From positions 4,521,839 through 4,585,838 of the forward strand of contig CBDHCM010000006.1 in NCBI GenBank assembly GCA_965261105.1: a DNA stretch of 64,000 nt, given 5' to 3'. Below are positions 44,258-52,841 of this stretch, in pieces (position 1 is the first letter of the stretch; each line of letters starts with the position of its first letter). Both the position numbers and the translations under genes were made by a program. The DNA is from Candidatus Aldehydirespirator sp. GTDB taxonomy: Bacteria > Actinomycetota > Acidimicrobiia > Acidimicrobiales > Aldehydirespiratoraceae. A model generated the notes under the pieces. It made no database searches. It saw only the letters and a list, made by a program, of their open reading frames with translations, and was not told the DNA's origin.

Positions 44258-45535
44258 CTATGAGCAGTCCACGCAGGCCACATCGTCGACGTCGGTGCCC
44301 TCCAGGAACGTGGTGAGCCAGTCGAGGAAGGCCACGCCCTCCACCTCCTGGGTGTAGAGAAGGTCGCGGTACAGGATCGTGTGGTCGGTGCCGGGGGCCA
44401 TGTAGCTCGCCTGGTTCACCCCGGCCGCCTCGATATTGGCCTCGTTCAGGTACATGAGTTGGTCAATGCTGCTGGCGTCGAATCCGGCCAGGCTCGCGAA
44501 GAACTCCTGGGTGCTGTCGAAGGCGTTGTCGTAGCGGGCGAACCGCACCCGGGGAGCATGCGTGCCCGCCCGGATGAACAGCTCCGGCAATCCGTAGTCG
44601 GCGGCCGTGGACCCCTCGTTGACGGGCCAGTCTGGTGCCACGTTGATTGTCCCCCAGAGTCCCCCGATGTAGGCGTTGATGCCGGGATCGCTCGGGTAGG
44701 CGCCGGAGGCGTCGGCCACCACGGCGATGCTGGCGTCAGCGAACAAGTCGGCGGCCAGGCCCCCGTACAGCGCGGCCGAAGCCGATCCCGCGCTCGAACC
44801 GGCCACCACCACCTCGGTCGCGCCGCCGAAGCGCTCGACCGCGGTGGCGAGAGCGGTGTTGGCGTTGACGAAGCCGTTGTGGTGCACCAGCACGTCGTTG
44901 CCGTAGTCGTAGGTGCGGTCTCCGAGGTGCACGTCGCCGGTGCAGTACAGCGCCACCACGAAGGAATGGTCCCTCAGCGGGTTGAGCGGATTGTCGAAAT
45001 CGAAGATGCCGCTCCACTCGCTGACATTGTTCGCCGTCAAGGAGATGTCGGTGTTGGTCTTGTAGGCGTTTCCCTCGCCGGTGAACGAGCAGCTCTCCTG
45101 GCTGAAGCACGCCCCGCCGCCCTGCAGGTAGAACACCAGCTTGGACGGGTCGCCCGCGCGTACCCAGTACTGGTAGTCGCTGCCGTCGGCACAGATGCAG
45201 TCGTCGCCGCCGGCGAGGGCTGTCCATTCTCCGGCGGTCGCCACCGCCTCGGCGCCCGCCGGAGCCGTCGTGGTCGTGGTGGCAGCTCCCGCGGTGGTGG
45301 TGGGTGGCGCGGTGGTGGCCGGTGGCGCGGTGGTGGTGGGCGCGGCGGTAGTGGTCGGGGCTGCGGTGGTGGTGGGCGCGGTGGTGGCCGGTGCCGCGGT
45401 GATGGTTGGCGCGGTCGTCGGCGCGGCCGTCGGCTCGGCTTCCTCGTCTCGGTCGGCGCCGTCGTCTGATCCGCCGCAGGCTGCGGCCACGAGAGTGATA
45501 ACGGCCAGGGCGGCCAGCAAGCGGATGCGGGTCAT
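44258..45535 (-). CDS. secreted lipoprotein, alpha/beta-hydrolase of the pectin-acetylesterase-like type
   Basis: Lipobox LVAAACGGS, Thr/Ala/Pro repeat linker (APTTTAAPTTT...), FYLQGGGACFSQESC and VVAGSSAGSASAALYG nucleophile-elbow-like motif. Confidence 0.5.
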   Translation of the reverse strand: MTRIRLLAALAVITLVAAACGGSDDGADRDEEAEPTAAPTTAPTITAAPATTAPTTTAAPTTTAAPTTTAPPATTAPPTTTAGAATTTTTAPAGAEAVATAGEWTALAGGDDCICADGSDYQYWVRAGDPSKLVFYLQGGGACFSQESCSFTGEGNAYKTNTDISLTANNVSEWSGIFDFDNPLNPLRDHSFVVALYCTGDVHLGDRTYDYGNDVLVHHNGFVNANTALATAVERFGGATEVVVAGSSAGSASAALYGGLAADLFADASIAVVADASGAYPSDPGINAYIGGLWGTINVAPDWPVNEGSTAADYGLPELFIRAGTHAPRVRFARYDNAFDSTQEFFASLAGFDASSIDQLMYLNEANIEAAGVNQASYMAPGTDHTILYRDLLYTQEVEGVAFLDWLTTFLEGTDVDDVACVDCS

Positions 45536-45598
45536 GGCGGCTCCTTCAGTGATCGTGTAAGCAGGCTAGGCCCGGTCGGCCCGGCGGGCCGCTGCACG

Positions 45599-45685
45599 CG
45601 GAGGGAGGGGGATTCGAACCCCCGGGACCCGTGAAGGCCCAACGGTTTTCAAGACCGTCGCATTCGTCCGCTCTGCCATCCCTCC
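45599..45685 (-). tRNA. tRNA-Ser (anticodon UGA)
   Basis: Hand-folded: GGAGGGA acceptor, anticodon stem-loop ACGGT-CTTGAAA-ACCGT, long variable arm, T-arm GGGGGTTCGAATCCCCC. Confidence 0.9.
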
Positions 45686-45728
45686 ACAGGCAAGGATAGG
45701 CGGGACTGTGGTCGCCCTGCGGGCGGCG

Positions 45729-46706
45729 CTACCAGAGGATCTTGGACCGCAACTCCTCGATCCAGACCCCGGCCATCAGCGTGTCGACCTGGTTCATCAT
45801 CCGGTCGTGCTCGCCTCCGGACGCCGACGGGTAGGAGCCGAGGCACTTGACGCGGGCCGTCTTGAGGCTCAGGTTGCGCAGGGCGTCGGCCACCACCTCG
45901 TCGGCGATGTGGCCCTCGCAGTCGAGCAGGAAGCAGTACTGGCCGAGGTTCGCCTTGGTCGGGCGGCTCTGCAGGCTGGTGAGGTTGATGGCCCGGGCCG
46001 CGAACTCCTGGAGGATTCCGATCAGCGAGCCCGGCACGTCGGATCGCTGGTAGACCACGAGGCTCGTCTTGTCGTGGCCGGTGGGTGGGGCGATCCCGTC
46101 GGCCCCGACGAGCACGAAGCGAGTCTTGTTGTCGGCTCGGTCCGCGATGTCGCCGGCCGCCACCTCGAGTCCGTACACCTCTGCCGAGCGCAGCGGGGCG
46201 ACGGCGGCCACAGTGCGCTCATCCGCATCGGCCAGGCGGCGGGCGGCGTCGGCAGTGGAGTTGGCGAGCTCGAAGACCGCCCCGGGGAGTCGTTCGGCCA
46301 GGCGTCCCCGGCATTGGGCATAGGCCACTGGATGGGAGCGGACCCGCTCGACGTCCTCGATCCGCACGCCCGGTTGCACCAGCAGATTGAGGTTGACGCC
46401 GATGATCACCTCTCGCTGGATGAACAACTCGGTGTCGAAGGCCAGGGCGTCGAGGGTGGCGGTCACCGATCCCTCGATCATGTTCTCGATGGCGACCAGC
46501 CCGAGATCGACCTCCCCGCTCTCCACGGCCCCGAGCACCTCGAAAACCGAGCCGAGCGGGCGATGCTCCATGCGGGCCAGATCGGGCTGGGAAAAGACGG
46601 CCTGCTCGGTGAACGTGCCAGCCGGTCCCAGGTACCCGATCTTGCGGGTCCCCGGATCGTCAACGGGATCCATCCGGGGCATGGTACGGCCGTTGCGGTC
46701 CATCAA
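45729..46706 (-). CDS. pheA: prephenate dehydratase
   Basis: IGYLGPAGTFTEQA...AIENMIEGSV...TRFVLVG...ACT domain SRPTKANLGQYCFLLDCEGH. True start probably one of the internal Met near 46673-46682. Confidence 0.88.
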   Translation of the reverse strand: MMDRNGRTMPRMDPVDDPGTRKIGYLGPAGTFTEQAVFSQPDLARMEHRPLGSVFEVLGAVESGEVDLGLVAIENMIEGSVTATLDALAFDTELFIQREVIIGVNLNLLVQPGVRIEDVERVRSHPVAYAQCRGRLAERLPGAVFELANSTADAARRLADADERTVAAVAPLRSAEVYGLEVAAGDIADRADNKTRFVLVGADGIAPPTGHDKTSLVVYQRSDVPGSLIGILQEFAARAINLTSLQSRPTKANLGQYCFLLDCEGHIADEVVADALRNLSLKTARVKCLGSYPSASGGEHDRMMNQVDTLMAGVWIEELRSKILW

Positions 46707-46729
46707 CGCTGTTTAGAAGACCCGTTAGG

Positions 46730-47452
46730 GTGGCGCAGGTGTCAGACCGCCTCTACTTCCGCCAGCTGCTGTCGGGGCGCGACTTTGCGGCCGGCGACGG
46801 GCTGGCCCGCCAGATGGTGAACTTCGTGTACGCCGTCGGCGATCGCCACACCGGCCAGGCCGTGCTCGTCGACCCTGCCTACGACACCGGCGGGCTGCTC
46901 GACCTGCTGGAGGCCGACGGCATGGCCTGCACCGGCGTGCTGGCCACCCACTACCACCCCGACCATGTGGGCGGCCAGATGATGGGCTTCGACATCGAGG
47001 GCGTCAGCCGGCTGCTGGAGCGGGTGTCGGTTCCGATCCACGTTCAGGCTGCCGAGGCCGATCTGGTGAAGAAGGTGACCGGCCTGGACGACGACTGCCT
47101 GGTCAGCCATGCCTCTGGCGACGTGTTGACCGTCGGCGCGGTCACCATCGAGCTCATCGCCACGCCGGGCCACACCCCCGGCAGCCAGTGCTTTCTGGTG
47201 GACGGCCGGCTGGTGGCCGGCGACACGCTCTTCCTGGAGGGCTGCGGCCGTATGGACCTTCCCGGCTCGGATCCGGCCCAGATGTACGAGAGCCTCACCA
47301 CAAGGCTGGCCCGGGTGCCCGACGACGCCGTGCTGTACCCCGGCCACCGCTACTCGCTGGAGTCGTCGGCCACCATGGGCATCACCCGCGAGCGCAACCA
47401 GGTGTTCCGCATACCCGGTCGCGACCAGTGGCTCGCCGCCTTCGCCGGCTGA
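46730..47452 (+). CDS. MBL-fold metallo-hydrolase (glyoxalase-II-like)
   Basis: LATHYHPDHVGG metal motif, ATPGHTPGS, FLEGCGRMD. Confidence 0.85.
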   Translation: MAQVSDRLYFRQLLSGRDFAAGDGLARQMVNFVYAVGDRHTGQAVLVDPAYDTGGLLDLLEADGMACTGVLATHYHPDHVGGQMMGFDIEGVSRLLERVSVPIHVQAAEADLVKKVTGLDDDCLVSHASGDVLTVGAVTIELIATPGHTPGSQCFLVDGRLVAGDTLFLEGCGRMDLPGSDPAQMYESLTTRLARVPDDAVLYPGHRYSLESSATMGITRERNQVFRIPGRDQWLAAFAG

Positions 47453-47462
47453 CGGCAACTGC

Positions 47463-47564
47463 GGCTCGTCTACTTGTCGTCCGCCGACGAGGCGATGGCT
47501 CGTCTACTCGTCGTCCGCCGACGAGGCGATGGCTCGTCTACTTGTCGTCCGCCGACGAGGCCAT
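47463..47564. repeat. 3 x 34-bp tandem repeat, each unit a GC hairpin
   Basis: ggctcgtctact(t/c)gtcgtccgccgacgaggc(g/c)at three times. Each contains cgtcg-tccgc-cgacg. Starts 11 nt after the MBL stop. Confidence 0.9.
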
Positions 47565-47631
47565 TCGAACCGACGCCTGGGAGCGAGCATCAGCGGGCTG
47601 CCGCAACGCCTGCTTGCTGTAGCCTGACTCT

Positions 47632-49089
47632 GTGAGCATTTCAGTCGAGTTATCCAATCTCGGGCCTCTACGCTCCGCCTCGCTGGAATTGGCGGACTTG
47701 ACGCTGCTCGTCGGCGAGAACAACACCGGTAAGACTTTCTTCGCCACGGTTCTGCATCGCCTTCTCAATAGTGCGCCCACTGCGCCTTGGTCACAGAGAA
47801 TCCGACCGGACGACACGCCGGTTCAAGTCAGAGACTGGATAACGGAGGTGCTCGATGATCCGGGCGGCGATGTGTCGGCGTCCAGCACCTGCGCCTTCGT
47901 GCCGAACGACAGCACCTCAAGATGGGCCAGGAAACTGACGAAGGACATCTTGGAGGCTTACGGTGATAGCGTCCGATACGACATCACGTACGCCTTTGGT
48001 GCAGAAGCATCTCGTTTGCGGCGAAGGACAGCGAGCAGGCACGCCTCTGGCTGCTATCTTCGGATATGCAATTCACATCCCAATTGGGAAGTCGAGATCA
48101 GATTTGATTCGAAATTGGTAACTGTAACGCCTCCTGATCCGCAGTCTTGGCTCATTCATGCCCTCGACCCGGATGAGATTCGCAAGACACCTCAAACATA
48201 TTCCCGACTGCGTCGTGCTTCATCTTTACGAGTTTCTGAGCATCTTGGCTATTCTCCCGTCGCGCTAAATTCATTGGTCAATTCTGCGTTGTTCGGTTCG
48301 TGGCCGCGCAACGCGATCCATTTGCCAGCCGATCGGACCGGTATTATTCAGAGCCACAATGTTCTAGCTGGTGCTACAGCTCGACAAGCAGCGAGAGCAG
48401 GTATCCGACCAATCGAGATTGAAACGCTACCCGGAACCTCTGCGGACTTTCTGTCATTGGTGCTTGAGATCCCCGAGGGAATGTCATACGCGACGGGTCG
48501 GACATCAAGATTCTCTCAGATTGTAGGTGAATTCGAGCAGGACATGCGGGCAGCCATCGAGATAGATCAGAGAGCAGACGGTATGGATGCGATAGTTGCT
48601 GTAACGTCCGAGGGGCGTTTCCCTATGGCACGGGCATCTTCGATGTTGTCCGAACTAGCACCTCTAATTCTAGTCTTGAAGTCGCCACACATTCTTGTTG
48701 ATCATTTGACGATAGATGAACCCGAGGCGCATCTTCACCCTGCAATGCAGATCCGCGTTGCGTCGTTCTTGGCAACTCTAGCAAACCAAGATGTCAGCGT
48801 CGTGTTGACCACTCATTCTGACTTCTTTGTGTCACAGTTTAACAACATGATGAGACTAAATGAGTTGTCTGGTTCGGGTAAGTCGAAATCCTACAACTTT
48901 CCTAGGCTAGATCGCTCAAGAGTTCGTGCACTCCGGTTTTCGCGAGAGAACGGGTGGTGCGTAGCGCGGACGTTGGAGCCGGACCGCGTCGATGGTATCG
49001 ATGAATCGACCTTCACGAGGGTCATGAGATCGCAGTTTAGCGAGACAGCTAGACTTGTGAACGAGTTGCTAGAGACTCACGAAGAATAG
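47632..49089 (+). CDS. ABC-type (AAA_15/21-like) ATPase, candidate defence ATPase
   Basis: Walker A LLVGENNTGKTF, LPADRTGI, signature-like ASSMLSELAP, Walker B/D-loop LTIDEPEAHLHP, H-loop LTTHSDFF. Visibly AT-richer codon usage. Confidence 0.8.
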   Translation: MSISVELSNLGPLRSASLELADLTLLVGENNTGKTFFATVLHRLLNSAPTAPWSQRIRPDDTPVQVRDWITEVLDDPGGDVSASSTCAFVPNDSTSRWARKLTKDILEAYGDSVRYDITYAFGAEASRLRRRTASRHASGCYLRICNSHPNWEVEIRFDSKLVTVTPPDPQSWLIHALDPDEIRKTPQTYSRLRRASSLRVSEHLGYSPVALNSLVNSALFGSWPRNAIHLPADRTGIIQSHNVLAGATARQAARAGIRPIEIETLPGTSADFLSLVLEIPEGMSYATGRTSRFSQIVGEFEQDMRAAIEIDQRADGMDAIVAVTSEGRFPMARASSMLSELAPLILVLKSPHILVDHLTIDEPEAHLHPAMQIRVASFLATLANQDVSVVLTTHSDFFVSQFNNMMRLNELSGSGKSKSYNFPRLDRSRVRALRFSRENGWCVARTLEPDRVDGIDESTFTRVMRSQFSETARLVNELLETHEE

Positions 49090-49096
49090 TTCCAAG

Positions 49097-49624
49097 GTGA
49101 ACCCGGATCCAGAGTCGTCGCGCTGTTCAGACGATAGATGTCAAGTTTGTCGGCTGTATTCGCAACTCCGATTCGACGGTGCTGAGCCTGTCGCGTTACA
49201 AGATATTCGTGAACATTCATGTCAGCTTAACGTTCACTTTAGTGGTGATCACAAGTGTATACACGGACTGCGCTTAGATGTGCAGAGCGCCAAGTTTCGG
49301 CGTGTCGCGAGGGGCAAGAGCAGAAGAATGTGTGACTTTGCTGTCTTAGCGCATCGTAGGAAAGTTGCTCATCTTGCGGCAATCGAGCTAAAGAGTGGAG
49401 CGGCAGATCCCGAGGATATTGAACAACTCAAAGAAGGTCTAGATCTGCTGCATAGCTACTTCGATTACGACGGACCCGAGCCGCGACTGGTAGCCTATTT
49501 TGTAGTAGGAAAAGAAGCGGAGAGGCTTGGGTTCGCCCTTCGAGACAGGCTCAGCACTCTGAGGTTCGGATCAAGGCCAGTCAAGCTAGAGATTCGAATT
49601 TGCGGTGAGTCCGTGCATCTATAG
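49097..49624 (+). CDS. small protein with a PD-(D/E)xK-like motif and an N-terminal Cys cluster
   Basis: 175 aa, 7 nt after the ATPase stop. CSDDRCQVC near the N-terminus. MCDFAVLAHRRKVAHLAAIELKSG fits D...E-x-K spacing. GTG start uncertain. Confidence 0.5.
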   Translation: MNPDPESSRCSDDRCQVCRLYSQLRFDGAEPVALQDIREHSCQLNVHFSGDHKCIHGLRLDVQSAKFRRVARGKSRRMCDFAVLAHRRKVAHLAAIELKSGAADPEDIEQLKEGLDLLHSYFDYDGPEPRLVAYFVVGKEAERLGFALRDRLSTLRFGSRPVKLEIRICGESVHL

Positions 49625-49699
49625 ACAAGTTGCGTTTCTGGCATCTTGAGTGGTGTATTCGCTGCAATCGGCCTTTCCGGCTAGCCGAATTCTTGCGTG

Positions 49700-49836
49700 T
49701 CGTTGCTGGCGACACGCTGCTCCTGGAGGGCTGCGGACGCATGGACGGTGAACTCCATCGGTGGATGCGACAGAGTGGTGTTCCGCGTTCCGGACCGCGA
49801 GCGCTTGGCTCGCCGCCTTCGCCGCTTGACGGCAAC
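49700..49836 (+). pseudogene. remnant copy of the MBL-hydrolase 3' end
   Basis: gctggcgacacgctgctcctggagggctgcggacgcatggac and ggtgttccgc...ggctcgccgccttcgccgcttgacggcaac match 47211-47258 and 47396-47459. The intervening ~135 bp is missing. Confidence 0.8.
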
Positions 49837-49883
49837 GGTCGGGAGAGCCGTCGGCGCTCGCTGACGGTCCAGACGCGTGAGGC

Positions 49884-51347
49884 CTACACCCAGGGGCAGT
49901 TGGAGTTGCGGTCGCCGAAGGTGGCCCCGGTGCGGTAGCGGTCGAGCGTGAACGGCTTCAGCTCGTCGGGCTTGTCGCCGTGCACGAGCATCTGGGCGGT
50001 CAGCTTGCCCACCCCGATCATCTTGAACCCGTGATTGGAGTCGGCGATCACCCAGGCGTTGTCGGCCACGTGGTCGAACACCGGCACGTTGTCGGGCGTG
50101 AATGCCCCGATGCCGCCGTTGCGGCGCTCCTTGAAGTACGGCCGCAGGTTCTCCAGGCGCTTGAACAGCATGCCCAGGGTGGCGCAGTAGTAGTCGGCGA
50201 ACCACTCCTCGGCCTGGTAGGTGTCGTTCAGGTGGCCGTAGGGCTCCACCGCCGCCGCGGGTCCGATCTTCACCGGAATCGTCCCGCCCTGAAGGCCGGG
50301 CGCCCCGACCCGCTCCGCGGCGTAGCGCACATAGGAGTAGAAGTGGTCCTTGAGGAGCCTGCCGTCGTCTGAGTAGACGGGCGTGTTCATGAGCTCCACG
50401 TGCAGCACCGGCGAGTCGCGGTGCTGGGCGGTGCGGAAGTCGACGCCCTCGGGCAGCAGGACCTCGCCCTCCAGCAGCCGCCAGTAGGTCCACATGTCCG
50501 TCTGCTCCTCGACGTGGCCGTCGGGATAGAGCACGTCGAGGCGGGAGGGGCCGCCCAGCCACTCCCAGTGCACCGGCGTCCACGCCCCCGCGCCCACGAC
50601 CACCTGCTCGCAGGCGATCGATCCCTGGTCGGTCTCCACCGCGGCCACCGACCCGGAGGCGTCGAGTTGGTAGCCGGTGACGGTGGCGCCGTACACCCGC
50701 CGCACGCCCCACTGGCGGCACTTCTGGTCCAGTCCCCACACCGCCATGTGGGTGCCGGCGTACCCGGAGCGGTGCTCGTGCAGCACCACGTCGCAGTTCT
50801 CGGTCTTGAAGTCGGGCCACAGGTTGGTGAGGAAGGCCCGGGCCTCCGAGCCGGTGTGGACGTCGGAGGGGTACCCGCTGGCCGCCTGCGACGCTTGGAG
50901 CTTGAGGTAGTCCTCGGTCTGGTTCGCCTCACCCACCGACACGTAGCCGACCTGCTGGAAGCCGAGGTTCACGGGGTCGGACTCCCACACCTCCACGCTG
51001 GCTCGCAGGATGGCGTGCAGCGGCCCGGTCATGTACATGTTGCGGATGCAGCCGCAGGCCAGTCCGGTGGCGCCCGCGCCCGGCCCCTGCTTGTCGATCA
51101 GCACCACGTCGCGGCCCGAGCCCTTGCCGGTGCGCTCCAGGCACCTGGCCAGGTGGTAGGCGCTCGACAGCCCGTGCACGCCTGCGCCGACCACCACGAA
51201 CCGGGCGCGGGGCGGCAGCGGCGCGGCGTCGAACACCGGGATGACGGCCGGGTTGACGGCGTGCCCGTGCACCTCGGGCGGCAGGGGCCGGTCGGCGAAG
51301 GGATACCACTGGTTGTGCTCGGTGGGGTTGGGGACGGTGCTGGTCAT
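49884..51347 (-). CDS. FAD-dependent oxidoreductase (DAO family)
   Basis: SD aaggagagg then ATG 51347. RFVVVGAGVHGLSSAYHLA GxGxxG. The remaining 5' part of the track ORF is a spurious extension across tRNA-Leu. Confidence 0.75.
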   Translation of the reverse strand: MTSTVPNPTEHNQWYPFADRPLPPEVHGHAVNPAVIPVFDAAPLPPRARFVVVGAGVHGLSSAYHLARCLERTGKGSGRDVVLIDKQGPGAGATGLACGCIRNMYMTGPLHAILRASVEVWESDPVNLGFQQVGYVSVGEANQTEDYLKLQASQAASGYPSDVHTGSEARAFLTNLWPDFKTENCDVVLHEHRSGYAGTHMAVWGLDQKCRQWGVRRVYGATVTGYQLDASGSVAAVETDQGSIACEQVVVGAGAWTPVHWEWLGGPSRLDVLYPDGHVEEQTDMWTYWRLLEGEVLLPEGVDFRTAQHRDSPVLHVELMNTPVYSDDGRLLKDHFYSYVRYAAERVGAPGLQGGTIPVKIGPAAAVEPYGHLNDTYQAEEWFADYYCATLGMLFKRLENLRPYFKERRNGGIGAFTPDNVPVFDHVADNAWVIADSNHGFKMIGVGKLTAQMLVHGDKPDELKPFTLDRYRTGATFGDRNSNCPWV

Positions 51348-51751
51348 TTCCTCTCCTTGTGAATTGGGGATCAAGTCTGGTCGCCGGCGGGCGGGAGCCG
51401 GTAGCCGGCTCCCAGGGTCCGCCAGATCAATGGGACGCCGGGCCGGTAGGCGAGGTGGCGGCGGCTGGGCGCGTCGAGGATGGTCGCATGGGCGTCGGAC
51501 AATAGGCGCGGCACCACATCGGCCGCGTTGCCGACCAGCCCCACCGACAGCGGGCGGCGGGACGCGACGGCCTCTCTGCCTGCTGCGGGCACCGCCGCAG
51601 CCGTCAGCCTGCTGCGGAGGAAAGTGCCCGGCCCCGGGCCTGATCACTGGCTGTCCCCCGAACTCGCGGCAGCCGACCGGATGCCGGCCGACGAGGCTCT
51701 GGTGGCCGCGGCGGCGGAAGCGACGGGCCCCCTCGTCTAATGGGTGAGCGG

Positions 51752-51835
<84 letters not shown>

Positions 51836-51959
51836 CGTGGCCTCGGCCCGCCGCCGGCGGACCGAGCGCGAGGCTAGCGGCCCGCCGGCCGAATCACCGT
51901 GTCACCGCCGGGCCCGGCCCCGTGCCGGAACCCCCCGTCGTCGCCACTAACATCCGCGC

Positions 51960-52745
51960 GTGCGCCTCGACTTCGGAGCGGCCAGCGACGTGGGCCTGCA
52001 CCGCCGTGAGAACCAGGATCGGTATCTCGCCGACGGCGCCCTGTTCGCGGTGGCCGACGGGCTCGGCGGCCACTCGGGAGGAGGCACCGCGGCGGCGATT
52101 GCCACCGACGTGCTCGCCCGCCGCGGCTGCCTCGACTCGCTGGGACATCTCATAGCCCTCGTGGGCACGGCCAACAGGGCCATATTCGAGGCCGCCATAG
52201 ACGATCCGCGCCTGAGGGAGATGTCCACCACGCTGTGCGTGATGGCAGCCGTCGGCAACGCCGCGGGTCCGGCCCGGCTGGCAGTCTGCAACGTTGGCGA
52301 CTCCCGCCTCTACGCGCTCACCGCCGGCCGTTTCAGCCGGCTCACCGTCGACCACACCATCTCCGAGAACCTGGTCCGCGACGGGGTCATCTCGCCCGCG
52401 GAGGCGGCCACCCATGCCGACCGCCACCAGCTCACCCGGGCTGTCGGATACGAGCGCCGGGTGCATGTCGACGGCTGGGAGCTGGCCGCGCTGGCGGGGA
52501 CCCGCTTCCTGGTGTGCAGTGACGGGCTGACCAACGAGGTGACTGATCCCGACATCGCCGAGATCCTGGCTTCCGTCGCCGACCCCGCGGCCGCGGCCGG
52601 CAGCCTCGTGGAGCGGGCGGTGCGGCCCGGTCACGGCCGCGACAACGCCACCGTCGTGGTCGTCGACGTGGCCGAGGGCGCCGCGTCCGGACCGGACGGC
52701 TCGGACCAGCTGGTGCTCGCCTCCAGGCCCGCCGTCTCGGCTTGA
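51960..52745 (+). CDS. PP2C-family Ser/Thr protein phosphatase
   Basis: SDVGLHRRENQDRY...FAVADGLGGH...VCNVGDSRLY...LVCSDGL...RDNATVVVVD. Confidence 0.9.
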   Translation: MRLDFGAASDVGLHRRENQDRYLADGALFAVADGLGGHSGGGTAAAIATDVLARRGCLDSLGHLIALVGTANRAIFEAAIDDPRLREMSTTLCVMAAVGNAAGPARLAVCNVGDSRLYALTAGRFSRLTVDHTISENLVRDGVISPAEAATHADRHQLTRAVGYERRVHVDGWELAALAGTRFLVCSDGLTNEVTDPDIAEILASVADPAAAAGSLVERAVRPGHGRDNATVVVVDVAEGAASGPDGSDQLVLASRPAVSA

Positions 52746-52841
52746 TTGTGGCACCAGTCCGGCCCGCAAGCCGCCCGTCGCCGGGGGACGGCGGGCGCGC
52801 CGTCTCCTTGGGTCAGGAGGCGACCGGTACAGTGGTCAACG

